Part shown: piece after piece, positions 18,438-27,229 of the stretch
Layout of the letters: every line of letters begins with the position of its first letter
How positions within the stretch are numbered: position 1 is the first letter of the stretch
From: Clostridia bacterium
GTDB lineage: Bacteria; Bacillota; Clostridia; Oscillospirales; JAAYXM01
Direction: 5' to 3'
DNA length: 64,000 nt
Assembly (NCBI GenBank): GCA_017559855.1
Contig: JAFYQP010000068.1
Span: forward strand, 5,636 to 69,635
Translations under genes and position numbers: made by a program
Notes under the pieces: generated by a model
The model's database searches: none
What the model was told of the DNA's origin: nothing
The model's input: only the letters and a program-made list of their open reading frames with translations

Positions 18438-18813
18438 ATTTACTTTCCATATATTTTTTAATTGCAGAAAAACTATCATGACTTAAGACGTGCTCGATTC
18501 TGCAAGCATCCTCTGATGCGACATTCTCATCAACACCAAGGGACACAAAAAAGTCGCAAAGAATAGTATGACGCTCATACATCCGCTCTGCAATTTCCAA
18601 ACCTTTTTGCAAAAGGACAATAGTGCCATCAGCGTTAACCTCTATCATTTCGTTTGCACGGAGGTTTTTCATAGCAACACTTACACTCGGTTTAGAATAT
18701 CCAAGTTCAGATGCAATATCAATGGAACGCACACTTCCGTTTCGTTTATTTAAAATATATATAGTTTCCAAATAATTTTCTGCTGATTCATAAATTTTCA
18801 ATTTTATCACCAC
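18436..18813 (-). CDS. metal-dependent transcriptional regulator, DtxR/MntR family
   Basis: YLETIYIL..GSVRSIDIASELGYSKPSVSVAMKNL winged-helix region and the metal-binding helix region ERHTILCDFF. The exact start is uncertain: GTG at 18813 or an internal TTG. Confidence 0.75.
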   Translation of the reverse strand: MVIKLKIYESAENYLETIYILNKRNGSVRSIDIASELGYSKPSVSVAMKNLRANEMIEVNADGTIVLLQKGLEIAERMYERHTILCDFFVSLGVDENVASEDACRIEHVLSHDSFSAIKKYMESK

Positions 18814-18863
18814 AAGCAGAGTATATCACAGATGTAATATACTTTCAAGTGCCAATAATTTTC

Positions 18864-19373
18864 TTACTCTTTTGTAGTAAAAAAATTATTCTTTTTAAAG
18901 ATTTTGAAAAGCAATATACCGAGAATGAGTCCAACAATGCCCTGGATGGCGTTAAACGGGATATTTGCCGCAGAAGCAATAAATCCATATAAAATCCCCT
19001 CGAAAACAAAATAACCCAAAATCATTAAAATCTCAGCCGTAGCACCGCATGTAATTAGAGATACTAATTCATTGCATTTTTTTGTGGTGAGAAGTTTAAC
19101 GCCATAAAATGCAATTAGTGCCATAATGCCCTTTACTATAAAAGTAACCGGTGCGTACATAGCGTATCCGGAAAATACGTCAGCAAGTGCCGAACCAATC
19201 GCCGCAGCACAAAAACCATACAAAGGCGAAAGTGCCCAACCTGCAAGTAAGACAAAACAGTCACCAAGATTGATATAACCAAATGATGTGGGAATCTTAA
19301 TTATCATAGTTGCAACGCAAATAAGCGATGCCATCATTGCGGTAATTACCACATCTTTTGCTTTATTCTTCAT
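18864..19373 (-). CDS. ECF transporter S component (substrate-binding membrane subunit)
   Basis: A 169-aa, 6-TM protein with the GYINLGD motif typical of ECF S components. No A/T components are adjacent. It is divergent from a MocR-type regulator. Confidence 0.65.
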   Translation of the reverse strand: MKNKAKDVVITAMMASLICVATMIIKIPTSFGYINLGDCFVLLAGWALSPLYGFCAAAIGSALADVFSGYAMYAPVTFIVKGIMALIAFYGVKLLTTKKCNELVSLITCGATAEILMILGYFVFEGILYGFIASAANIPFNAIQGIVGLILGILLFKIFKKNNFFTTKE

Positions 19374-19385
19374 AAAATTTACCCC

Positions 19386-19414
19386 TTTACAAAATTATGT
19401 ATGTATTATATAAT
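19386..19414 (+). promoter_or_regulatory. candidate sigma-A promoter of the MocR-like gene
   Basis: TTTACA (19386-19391), 17-nt spacer, TATAAT (19409-19414). Confidence 0.5.
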
Positions 19415-19464
19415 CCAACTGAACATACCACAATTACCAAAAAAGGAGAATTTTATATAACCAG

Positions 19465-20550
19465 ATGAAATGTTTAATTGACTTAAATTCAAAAGAAGCG
19501 GCATATATGCAAATTTACAAAAAAATGAGAGATGATATTGTAAACTCCGTTTACAAATTTGGTGAGAAACTTCCCTCAAAACGACTGCTGTCCGAGGAAG
19601 CAAATTGTAGCGTCATTACCATTGAACACGCTTACGCAATTCTTTGTGACGAAGGATATGTACAATCTCGCCAGAGGAGCGGTTATTTTGTCTCTTATAA
19701 AAAGAACGATTTCATTCCTGTAACAAATATATCTCCTGCCGCCGTTACGACACAAAGTTTTGCAGATAGCAATGATGACACATTCCCCTTCTCCGTCTAT
19801 GCAAAAACAATGCGAATTGTAATATCCAAGTACGGTGATAAACTTTTAAGCAAATCACCCAATTTGGGTTGCGATGAACTTAAAACCGCGATTTGCAATT
19901 ATCTTGCACGAAGCAAGGGAATTACTGTTGAAAAAAATCAAATTATAATCGGTTCCGGTGCGGAATATCTATATGGACTTATTGTGCAATTTCTTGGACG
20001 TGATAAAATGTACGGCATAGAACGTCCGTCGTACGATAAAATACTTTCGGTATACAAAGCAAATGGTGCCGAGTGCGATCTTTTAAAGTTAGGAACAGAT
20101 GGTATTTTATCCGAAGAACTTGAACGCACAAATGCCCAAGTATTACATATTACCCCGTACCGAAGTTATCCAAGTGGTGTTACGGCAAGTGCGTCAAAAA
20201 GAAATGAATACATTAGTTGGGCGAAGAAAAGAAATGCCATCATAATTGAAGATGACTTTGATTCTGAATTTACAATTTCCACCAAGCATGCTGACACGGT
20301 TTTTTCGCTAGAGCCGATTGAACACGTCGTTTATATAAATACTTTCACGAAAACAATAGCACCGGCCATGCGTGTAGGTTATATGGTTCTGCCTCAAAAA
20401 CTAGTTGCGTCATTTCAAAATAAACTAGGTTTCTATTATTGTACCGTTCCCTTGTTTGAACAATATTTACTTACCGAACTTATCAACAACGGTGATTTCG
20501 AACGTCACATCAACAGAACTCGAAGAAAAAGACGAAGGATAATAAAATAG
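19465..20550 (+). CDS. MocR/GabR/PdxR-type GntR regulator with aminotransferase-like domain, C-terminally short
   Basis: N-terminal wHTH (QIYKKMRDDI..GEKLPSKRLLSEEANCSVITIEHAYAILCDEGYV) and a fold-type-I domain with PLP lysine context INTFTKTIAPAMRVGY (K296). It ends only 65 aa after that lysine. Confidence 0.75.
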   Translation: MKCLIDLNSKEAAYMQIYKKMRDDIVNSVYKFGEKLPSKRLLSEEANCSVITIEHAYAILCDEGYVQSRQRSGYFVSYKKNDFIPVTNISPAAVTTQSFADSNDDTFPFSVYAKTMRIVISKYGDKLLSKSPNLGCDELKTAICNYLARSKGITVEKNQIIIGSGAEYLYGLIVQFLGRDKMYGIERPSYDKILSVYKANGAECDLLKLGTDGILSEELERTNAQVLHITPYRSYPSGVTASASKRNEYISWAKKRNAIIIEDDFDSEFTISTKHADTVFSLEPIEHVVYINTFTKTIAPAMRVGYMVLPQKLVASFQNKLGFYYCTVPLFEQYLLTELINNGDFERHINRTRRKRRRIIK

Positions 20551-20584
20551 TGCATGGAAAAACTTCCATGCACTATTTTTGTTT
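20550..20584. terminator. bidirectional intrinsic terminator (MocR gene / ispH-rpsA)
   Basis: A 10-bp stem gtgcatggaa / ttccatgcac with loop aaac, with T-rich tracts on both strands. Confidence 0.7.
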
Positions 20585-20595
20585 AAGTATTAGAA

Positions 20596-22623
20596 TTATT
20601 CAGCGTCTTCAGGAAGTACGGTCTCGCCGTCACCAACGGAAGCAACGATTTCGTCTTCGCCTTCAACCGCCTCAGCCTCAGCAGCAACTTCTTCGCCTGC
20701 GATTAAAGCACGCATAGAAAGGGAGATCTTCTTGTTCTCCTCGTCGATGCCGATAATCTTAACCTGAACTGTCTGACCTTCGCTTAATACATCCTTAGGA
20801 CTTGCAATTCTAGTATTGCTAATCTGGGAAATATGGATTAAACCGTCAACGCCCGGAAGAATTTCAGCAAATGCACCAAACGGCATAAGCTTAACAATCT
20901 TTGCATCAACAACATCATCGAGTTTGCAGGTGGTAGTGAACTTAACCCAGGGGTTGTCCTCTGCCTTCTTGTAACCGAGAGAGATTTTCTTCTTCTCAGC
21001 ATCTAATGCGATAACGAATACATCTACAATATCGCCAACCTTGAACATCTCAGACGGATGACCGATTCTGCTCCATGACATCTCAGAAACGTGAACCATA
21101 CCGTCAACGCCACCGATATCAACGAATGCACCGTAGGAAGTAAGGGACTTAACAACGCCCTTGTATGCCTTGCCTACCTCGATTTCGCTCCAAACCTTTT
21201 CAGCAGCAGCATGACGCTCTGCACGAAGAACCTTGGAAATAGAACCAACAATACGCTTGCGGGGACGGTTAACCTCGGTAATGCGAAGGCTAACTTTCTT
21301 CTTCATCATCTGAGAAAGTTCTGCATCGCGGGGAAGACCTGTCTGAGAAGCGGGTACGAACACACGAGCACCCTTAACGGATACGATAATGCCACCCTTG
21401 TTCTCATCAATAACGATACCTTCTACAACGGTTTCGTCCTGACGAGCAGCCTCGATGTCATCCCAACTTCTCATAGCGTCTAAACGGCGCTTAGAAAGGG
21501 TTACAACGCCCTCTACGTCGTTTACACGTACAACATAAACTTCAACCTCGTCACCAATCTTAAAGACTTCTTCAGCCTTTACGGTCGGGTCATCACTGAT
21601 TTCAGTAACGGGAATGAAACCAGCTTGTTTAGCCCCAAGGTCAACATAAACCTCAGTGGGGGTAATCCCGGTAACGACGCCCGTGACCTTATCTCCTGTA
21701 TTTAAAGTTTTGAAAGAAGCCTCCAGCATTTCAGCAAAGGACATTCCTTCAGCATTGATGTTTTCGTTTGTGATCTGTTCACTCATCTTGTTTTCAACCT
21801 CCTTAATTATCCAATCGGGTGTTGATGCACCCGCCGTAATTCCCACGTGGTCAAAACGACTGATTTCATCAACGGGAAGTTCCCCCAAGTGCTCAATATG
21901 AAATACATTCTGACACCCGTTCTGGCAGATATGTACGAGCCCTTTCGTGTTGGAACTTGTCCTGTCCCCGATCACTACCATAGCATCCGAAACCTCAGCA
22001 AGTTTTCCCGCCTCAGTCTGACGTTTACCGGTAGCAAAACATATTGTATCAAATATTTTGCAATTTGTACATTGTTTTTTTAAAATTTCAATACAATTAT
22101 TCCAAAAATTTCTTCCGATAGTGGTTTGGGCTACTACCGAGATGGCCTTTTCACCAAAATCCTCATTATCTAAAATATGGTCATTTATGTCTTTTTCGCT
22201 CTCAAAAACAAGGGCATTTTTGCACTGCCCCGCAATTCCGCAAACTTCCGGGTGAGTTTTGCTTCCGATAACAATCACCTGTCTGCCCTCATTTTCATTC
22301 TCACGAACAATTTTGTGAATTTTTTCGACATAAGGGCATGTTGCATCCACGAAAGGTATATTTCGTGCTTTTAACTCATTAATAATAGATGCAGGTACAC
22401 CATGTGAGCGAATAATGGCTGTTGCACCATTCGAAATTTCATCGACGGAATCTACGCAAGAAACACCAAGGGATTTTAAATAATCAACAACGTGAGTATT
22501 ATGTATTATAGGTCCCAAAGTAACAGCGTTAACGCCATCTTTGCCGAGTTTTTCTGCAAGTTCAACCGCACGGCGTACACCAAAGCAAAAACCGGAAGAG
22601 GCAGCTCTTGTTACCGTTTTCAT
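20596..22623 (-). CDS. ispH: bifunctional 4-hydroxy-3-methylbut-2-enyl diphosphate reductase (IspH) / ribosomal protein S1
   Basis: The N-terminal ~280 aa are IspH/LytB (FCFGVRRAV, three Cys ligand regions). The C-terminal ~390 aa carry four S1 OB-fold repeats (GDKVTGVV.., GVVKSLTSYGAFVDI.., AKIVKLMPFGAFAEI..). Confidence 0.9.
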   Translation of the reverse strand: MKTVTRAASSGFCFGVRRAVELAEKLGKDGVNAVTLGPIIHNTHVVDYLKSLGVSCVDSVDEISNGATAIIRSHGVPASIINELKARNIPFVDATCPYVEKIHKIVRENENEGRQVIVIGSKTHPEVCGIAGQCKNALVFESEKDINDHILDNEDFGEKAISVVAQTTIGRNFWNNCIEILKKQCTNCKIFDTICFATGKRQTEAGKLAEVSDAMVVIGDRTSSNTKGLVHICQNGCQNVFHIEHLGELPVDEISRFDHVGITAGASTPDWIIKEVENKMSEQITNENINAEGMSFAEMLEASFKTLNTGDKVTGVVTGITPTEVYVDLGAKQAGFIPVTEISDDPTVKAEEVFKIGDEVEVYVVRVNDVEGVVTLSKRRLDAMRSWDDIEAARQDETVVEGIVIDENKGGIIVSVKGARVFVPASQTGLPRDAELSQMMKKKVSLRITEVNRPRKRIVGSISKVLRAERHAAAEKVWSEIEVGKAYKGVVKSLTSYGAFVDIGGVDGMVHVSEMSWSRIGHPSEMFKVGDIVDVFVIALDAEKKKISLGYKKAEDNPWVKFTTTCKLDDVVDAKIVKLMPFGAFAEILPGVDGLIHISQISNTRIASPKDVLSEGQTVQVKIIGIDEENKKISLSMRALIAGEEVAAEAEAVEGEDEIVASVGDGETVLPEDAE

Positions 22624-23210
22624 TTACACGCCTCCCCCATTGCCAATATGGAGTCAAAAACCTCAGTAGAGATTCTTTTATAATTTTCTGCACTTGTACC
22701 TTCACGCTTTTCCGGAATCACAGGTTGACCAATTACCACGTAAACTCTACCAAAAAGTCTCTTTTTAGTGCTTAGATAAACAGGAATCATTGGTGCAGCT
22801 GCACGAAGCGCTATCATTGCAACTCCGTTTTTTACATCATTACTATTGTCTGCTCCGCCTTTAACCCTGCGACCTTCGGGGAAAATAAGAAGTTTTTTAC
22901 CATCTCGTAAAGTTGATATGCTGCTACGTATAGTGGCGATGTCTGCTGCTCCGCGGTCAACGGGAAAGGCACCAAGTGAACTAAGTAACCATCTCAAAAG
23001 CGGATTCTCAAACAATTCTTTTTTCGACATAAAACCAAATTTTTCTTTAATACCAAAAGCTACGGCAACAAATATCGGATCGATCATTGATGTATGATTG
23101 ACACAAACAACAGCAGCACCTTCAGGTATATTTTCTTTACCGACAATTTTCATACGGAAAAGAAGTTTAAAAATCGGCGTCAATACCGCAATTGCTATTT
23201 TATAAAACAT
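22620..23210 (-). CDS. plsC: 1-acyl-sn-glycerol-3-phosphate acyltransferase
   Basis: NHTSMIDP (HX4D) and FPEGRR motifs. Overlaps ispH by 4 nt. Confidence 0.8.
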   Translation of the reverse strand: MFYKIAIAVLTPIFKLLFRMKIVGKENIPEGAAVVCVNHTSMIDPIFVAVAFGIKEKFGFMSKKELFENPLLRWLLSSLGAFPVDRGAADIATIRSSISTLRDGKKLLIFPEGRRVKGGADNSNDVKNGVAMIALRAAAPMIPVYLSTKKRLFGRVYVVIGQPVIPEKREGTSAENYKRISTEVFDSILAMGEACK

Positions 23211-23216
23211 TTTGAA

Positions 23217-23885
23217 TTAAAGCCTCTCTTTAACTATATTACGTAAAAGCTCAACACTTTGCTCAAGTGTATTTCCGCTTGTATCAACAACAATTGCGTC
23301 ATCTGCCGCCTTAAGCGGTGCCGTTGCACGGTTAGCATCGTTGAAATCACGTTCCTTAATATCGCGGTGCACTGTCTCAAAATCAACCTTCTGCCCTTTT
23401 TCGATAAGTTCAAGATAACGACGATTGGCTCTGTCTTCACTCGATGCAGTAAGGAATATTTTAATTTCAGCATCGGGTAATACTACTGTGCCGATGTCTC
23501 TACCGTCCATAATTACACTAAATTTTTTCGCATAGTCACGTTGCTTTTCAAGTAGGAACGCTCTGACGGGAGGGTGTGCTGAAACCTTGGAAGCATAAGA
23601 TGAAATCTGATGTTCACGGATCGCACCAGAAACGTCCTCGCCATTTAAGAACATGCACTGAACGCCATCTTTGTATGTAAGTTCAATATTTACCTCAGGT
23701 AGTATGGATACTACCTGCTCTTCATCAGCCGGGTCAAGCCCTTTTCTGAACACATAGAGACCAACTGTACGGTAAATTGCACCGGTATCAACGTAAATAA
23801 AACCAAGTTCTTTGGCAAGAAGTTTTGCAATTGTGCTTTTGCCCGCACCGGACGGGCCGTCTATTGCAATAGCAACTTTACCCAT
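23217..23885 (-). CDS. cmk: cytidylate kinase
   Basis: IAIDGPSGAGKST P-loop, 222 aa. Confidence 0.9.
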   Translation of the reverse strand: MGKVAIAIDGPSGAGKSTIAKLLAKELGFIYVDTGAIYRTVGLYVFRKGLDPADEEQVVSILPEVNIELTYKDGVQCMFLNGEDVSGAIREHQISSYASKVSAHPPVRAFLLEKQRDYAKKFSVIMDGRDIGTVVLPDAEIKIFLTASSEDRANRRYLELIEKGQKVDFETVHRDIKERDFNDANRATAPLKAADDAIVVDTSGNTLEQSVELLRNIVKERL

Positions 23886-23896
23886 ATTTTATCCTC

Positions 23897-24304
23897 CTAA
23901 ATTACGCGATGGCCAATACCAATCGCAATTTCATTCAAGTGTACAAGACCAACACCAAAATACATAGCAACACAAATATGCTCGTCCAATCGTGCAATGC
24001 CGATTTTACCACCTATATTAAGGCCTAATGCTTTGTTGTCGATCTGAGCAATCGCTTCGTGTGCCGCACCTGCTACCGCACCTTCCTCGTTGTGAGCAAC
24101 ACCTATTACGCCTTCACGATGAGCTGCAATTATTGATCTTTCAATAATTTTGCCAATTGAAGATATGTATTCGCCACCATAATTAACCGCGGCAGCCAAT
24201 ACCCCCTCACTTTTTAATTGTTTGATAAGTGCTTTTTCCTCTTCTATACTACCGGTTACTGCTAATTTAATTGCCGCAGCCATAACCTCTTTGCTACCAT
24301 TCAT
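23897..24304 (-). CDS. HutP-family protein (hut-operon antiterminator-like)
   Basis: 135 aa. The segments EGAVAGAAHEAIAQI, CVAMYFGVG and the C-terminal GIGHRVI parallel the B. subtilis HutP regions HALYHATMEALHGV, AVSLYGTIG and GVGINHI. This comparison is from memory. Confidence 0.55.
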   Translation of the reverse strand: MNGSKEVMAAAIKLAVTGSIEEEKALIKQLKSEGVLAAAVNYGGEYISSIGKIIERSIIAAHREGVIGVAHNEEGAVAGAAHEAIAQIDNKALGLNIGGKIGIARLDEHICVAMYFGVGLVHLNEIAIGIGHRVI

Positions 24305-24308
24305 TTAA

Positions 24309-25541
24309 TTAATCCTCCTTGCTCATTTCACAAGCCGCAACATAGGCGGTTGACCACGCTATTTGCAGGTTAAAACCACCGGTGTATGCATCGGTGTCAA
24401 TAATTTCACCGGCAAAATACAGACTGTTAATTAGTCTTGACATCATAGTTTTAGGATCTATTTCCGAAACCTTTATACCACCCGATGTGATTATTGCCTC
24501 AGATATAGGTCTGAATGAGTCAACGCAAATCTCAAATCCTTTTAGCACGTCGATAAGTCGTGCTCGTGATGTTTTATCAATCGAATGAACTTTAACGTCT
24601 GCGGAAATCCCTGCTTTCAAAAGAACGGGCAAAACAAGTTTTGCAGGCAAAAGGCCACGCAACGCATTTGATATATCCTGATTCTTTCGTTCGTCAAAAT
24701 CTCTTAAAACACGTGCATTCAACTTTTCTCGGTCAAGAGCCGGTTTCAAATCTATTTTTAAAATGTATTTATCATTTTCAATATCTCGCATATGTGCACT
24801 AGCAGAGAGTACCAACGGGCCGGAGACTCCAAAATGCGTAAACAGCATTTCACCCATTTCTTCGAATACGCACTTTTGTTTTCTGTTATACACAGACAAA
24901 ACAACGTTTTTGAGAGAAAGTCCCTGCATGCTTGAGCATAATTTCGATTCAGCAGTAATAGGTACAAGTGACGCACGAGGAGGTACAATTGTGTGACCTA
25001 ATTGCGCTGCCATCTTGTACCCGTCACCTGTCGAGCCGGTTCCGGGATACGAAAGCCCTCCGGTCGCAAGTAAAACCGCGTCAGCAGAATATTCCACTCC
25101 TTTTGAAATTACGCCGCAAACACGTCCATCCTTACAACAGATTTCGTCAACAGACGAGTTTTGAATGACAACGCCCAAACGCTTCATCTCGTCACAAAGT
25201 GCGAAAACAACCTCTTGTGCCTGGTCGGAAACGGGAAAAACGCGTGCACCACGCTCTGTTTTGAGTTTAACACCGAGATCCTCGAAAAAATCCATAACAT
25301 CTTGTGGAGAAAATCTTGAAAACGCACCATATAAGAATCGTGGATTTTGCGGTACGTTTGATATTAAGGTTTCTCTATCGCAGTTATTTGTAATATTGCA
25401 GCGTCCTTTGCCGGTGATTAAAAGTTTTCTTCCGAGTTTTTGATTTTTTTCAAAAACCGTTACCTTAACACCTTGACGCGCAGCAAAAATCGCCGCCATC
25501 ATACCGGCAGCACCGCCGCCTACAATGATAATTTTCTTCAT
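24309..25541 (-). CDS. NAD(P)/FAD-dependent oxidoreductase, HI0933/YhiN family
   Basis: IIVGGGAAGMMAA dinucleotide fold, 410 aa, conserved C-terminal GEIIDTDAYTGGFNLQ. Confidence 0.75.
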   Translation of the reverse strand: MKKIIIVGGGAAGMMAAIFAARQGVKVTVFEKNQKLGRKLLITGKGRCNITNNCDRETLISNVPQNPRFLYGAFSRFSPQDVMDFFEDLGVKLKTERGARVFPVSDQAQEVVFALCDEMKRLGVVIQNSSVDEICCKDGRVCGVISKGVEYSADAVLLATGGLSYPGTGSTGDGYKMAAQLGHTIVPPRASLVPITAESKLCSSMQGLSLKNVVLSVYNRKQKCVFEEMGEMLFTHFGVSGPLVLSASAHMRDIENDKYILKIDLKPALDREKLNARVLRDFDERKNQDISNALRGLLPAKLVLPVLLKAGISADVKVHSIDKTSRARLIDVLKGFEICVDSFRPISEAIITSGGIKVSEIDPKTMMSRLINSLYFAGEIIDTDAYTGGFNLQIAWSTAYVAACEMSKED

Positions 25542-25593
25542 GCTTCAAATCCTACATAAAATGATTTTTATACTATATATTTTACCATTTTTC

Positions 25594-26202
25594 CTATAAA
25601 TTGCAAGATGTTTTTGCTTTAAGCACAATTTCTTTATACTGTTCATATGTAAAAAGAATGTTGATTGCTTCAAGCATGGCATTTGCAGTCATATGGCTCG
25701 GCAAATTGCATATTTTTAAAACTTCTTGTCTTAATTTAGCACTAGCCTCACCACCTGAGAGACCATCTTCATAAAAATCTGTTTTTGTAATGGGTATTTT
25801 AGTTTCAGGTGTGCTGTCATCGCTTTGAAGGGTTGCTCCTGCCTTGATCAGTGCATCAATGATAACAACGTCATTTACTCCTTCAACGCCTAAAAAACCC
25901 TCTTTGGAAGCCGCAGACTTTCGTTTCTCTTTTCCTGCAATTTGCGGTATGTATGCGTGTTTTACTTTTTCTTTAGGCAAAACGCCTTTTAAGTGATTTC
26001 TTATAATGAACCCTGCACCGTCACTATCGGTCAGTATTATAACGCCTTTTTGCTCACATATTCGTTTAAAAAGTACACGTTTCTCCTTATCATTGAACAC
26101 GCCGAATCCCGATGTCTCTAAAATTAATGTATCAACAATTTGTGACAGTTTATTTTTATCATATCGTCCTTCAACAATAATGGCCTCTTTGATTTTAAGC
26201 AT
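25594..26202 (-). CDS. Toprim domain protein (RNase M5-like with C-terminal DUF4093-like region)
   Basis: MLKIKEAIIVEGRYDK..ILTDSDGAG Toprim acidic motifs. The start at 26202 overlaps the holA stop (ATGCTTAA). The track extension to 26337 is unlikely. Confidence 0.6.
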   Translation of the reverse strand: MLKIKEAIIVEGRYDKNKLSQIVDTLILETSGFGVFNDKEKRVLFKRICEQKGVIILTDSDGAGFIIRNHLKGVLPKEKVKHAYIPQIAGKEKRKSAASKEGFLGVEGVNDVVIIDALIKAGATLQSDDSTPETKIPITKTDFYEDGLSGGEASAKLRQEVLKICNLPSHMTANAMLEAINILFTYEQYKEIVLKAKTSCNL

Positions 26203-27226
26203 TGTTATCACCGTTAAATGATGCAAGTTTAGCAATAAGTTCACGTAACACTTCTTCTTTTGCACCAAGTTTAAGTTTCCCGTCTGCCTCCGCACAAAGG
26301 ATGACGCTGTTTCTTGCCCAATTGACGTCAACGCCACGTGAAGCGTTCATAATGATTTTTGCAGGATATTCTGATTTCATACCCCACATACTCATAAGTT
26401 TAGATATGCCGCCATTTCCTCGTAGCAGACACGCAGCATAGATTTGCCTCATCTGACGTCCGATAAGTGCTAACATTGCTATAGGATCTTCACCTAGTGA
26501 CATAAGTTTATCAAGAATTTCAAGTGCCTTCGAATACTTTCTCGCAACAATTGCATCTGTTAAGTCAAAAACAACGGCTTCTGCATTCGGAGTCGCTACC
26601 GTATCAATATCAATACGTGTAATTGATGTATCAGACGAAAATGCGACTATCTTTTCGATTTCGGGAATAAGTGCCTGCATAAGCGAGCCACAATAGAAAA
26701 TAAGATATTCGCATAAATCATCTGAAATAACCTTGCCTTCAGATTTAAACCTGCGTTTAATCCAAGTGATTAAATCCGCCTTATCTGCACGTGCAAAGTC
26801 AACCATTTCACATACTTTGGAAATGGCAGTATATAACTTTTGTCTCTTGTCAGGCTTAAACTCTGCAGGGTAAACAATAAGCAAAGTGCAGTATTCCGGT
26901 ATATCAGATATCATATCGGTAAAACGCTTTTTAAAATCTTCATCCGCTTTGAAAACGTCAAAATCAGAAATGAGGACAACTTTTCTCTCACTCATAACCG
27001 GATAGGAATCTATGGCATCAGCAAGGTCGTTTGCATTAATTTTCTCGCTAAGTTCAATAAAATTAAACTCACGCATTCCGTCCTCAACTATTGCGTTTAT
27101 TAATTCATTTTTGTAAAAGTCGAGAAGATATCTCTCTTCGCCGAAGAATATATAAAACCGCTCAAAATTGCCTGCTGCAATGTCTTCTTTAACTTTTTTC
27201 CATGAAGATGCTTTACCACTTGCCAT
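26195..27226 (-). CDS. holA: DNA polymerase III subunit delta
   Basis: 343 aa with a HolA-like N-terminal region (FYIFFGEERYLLDFY). Shows the usual comEC-holA synteny. Confidence 0.75.
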   Translation of the reverse strand: MASGKASSWKKVKEDIAAGNFERFYIFFGEERYLLDFYKNELINAIVEDGMREFNFIELSEKINANDLADAIDSYPVMSERKVVLISDFDVFKADEDFKKRFTDMISDIPEYCTLLIVYPAEFKPDKRQKLYTAISKVCEMVDFARADKADLITWIKRRFKSEGKVISDDLCEYLIFYCGSLMQALIPEIEKIVAFSSDTSITRIDIDTVATPNAEAVVFDLTDAIVARKYSKALEILDKLMSLGEDPIAMLALIGRQMRQIYAACLLRGNGGISKLMSMWGMKSEYPAKIIMNASRGVDVNWARNSVILCAEADGKLKLGAKEEVLRELIAKLASFNGDNNA

Positions 27227-27229
27227 ACC

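Noticed and set aside
25552-25596. Three UAG triplets on the minus strand spaced exactly 21 nt apart in the leader of the FAD-oxidoreductase/HutP-like operon, considered as a possible HutP binding site.
   Set aside because: Canonical HutP sites have NAG triplets separated by 4-nt spacers (7-nt period), not 21 nt. One of the three is simply the stop codon of the upstream Toprim gene. In AT-rich spacer this is compatible with chance.
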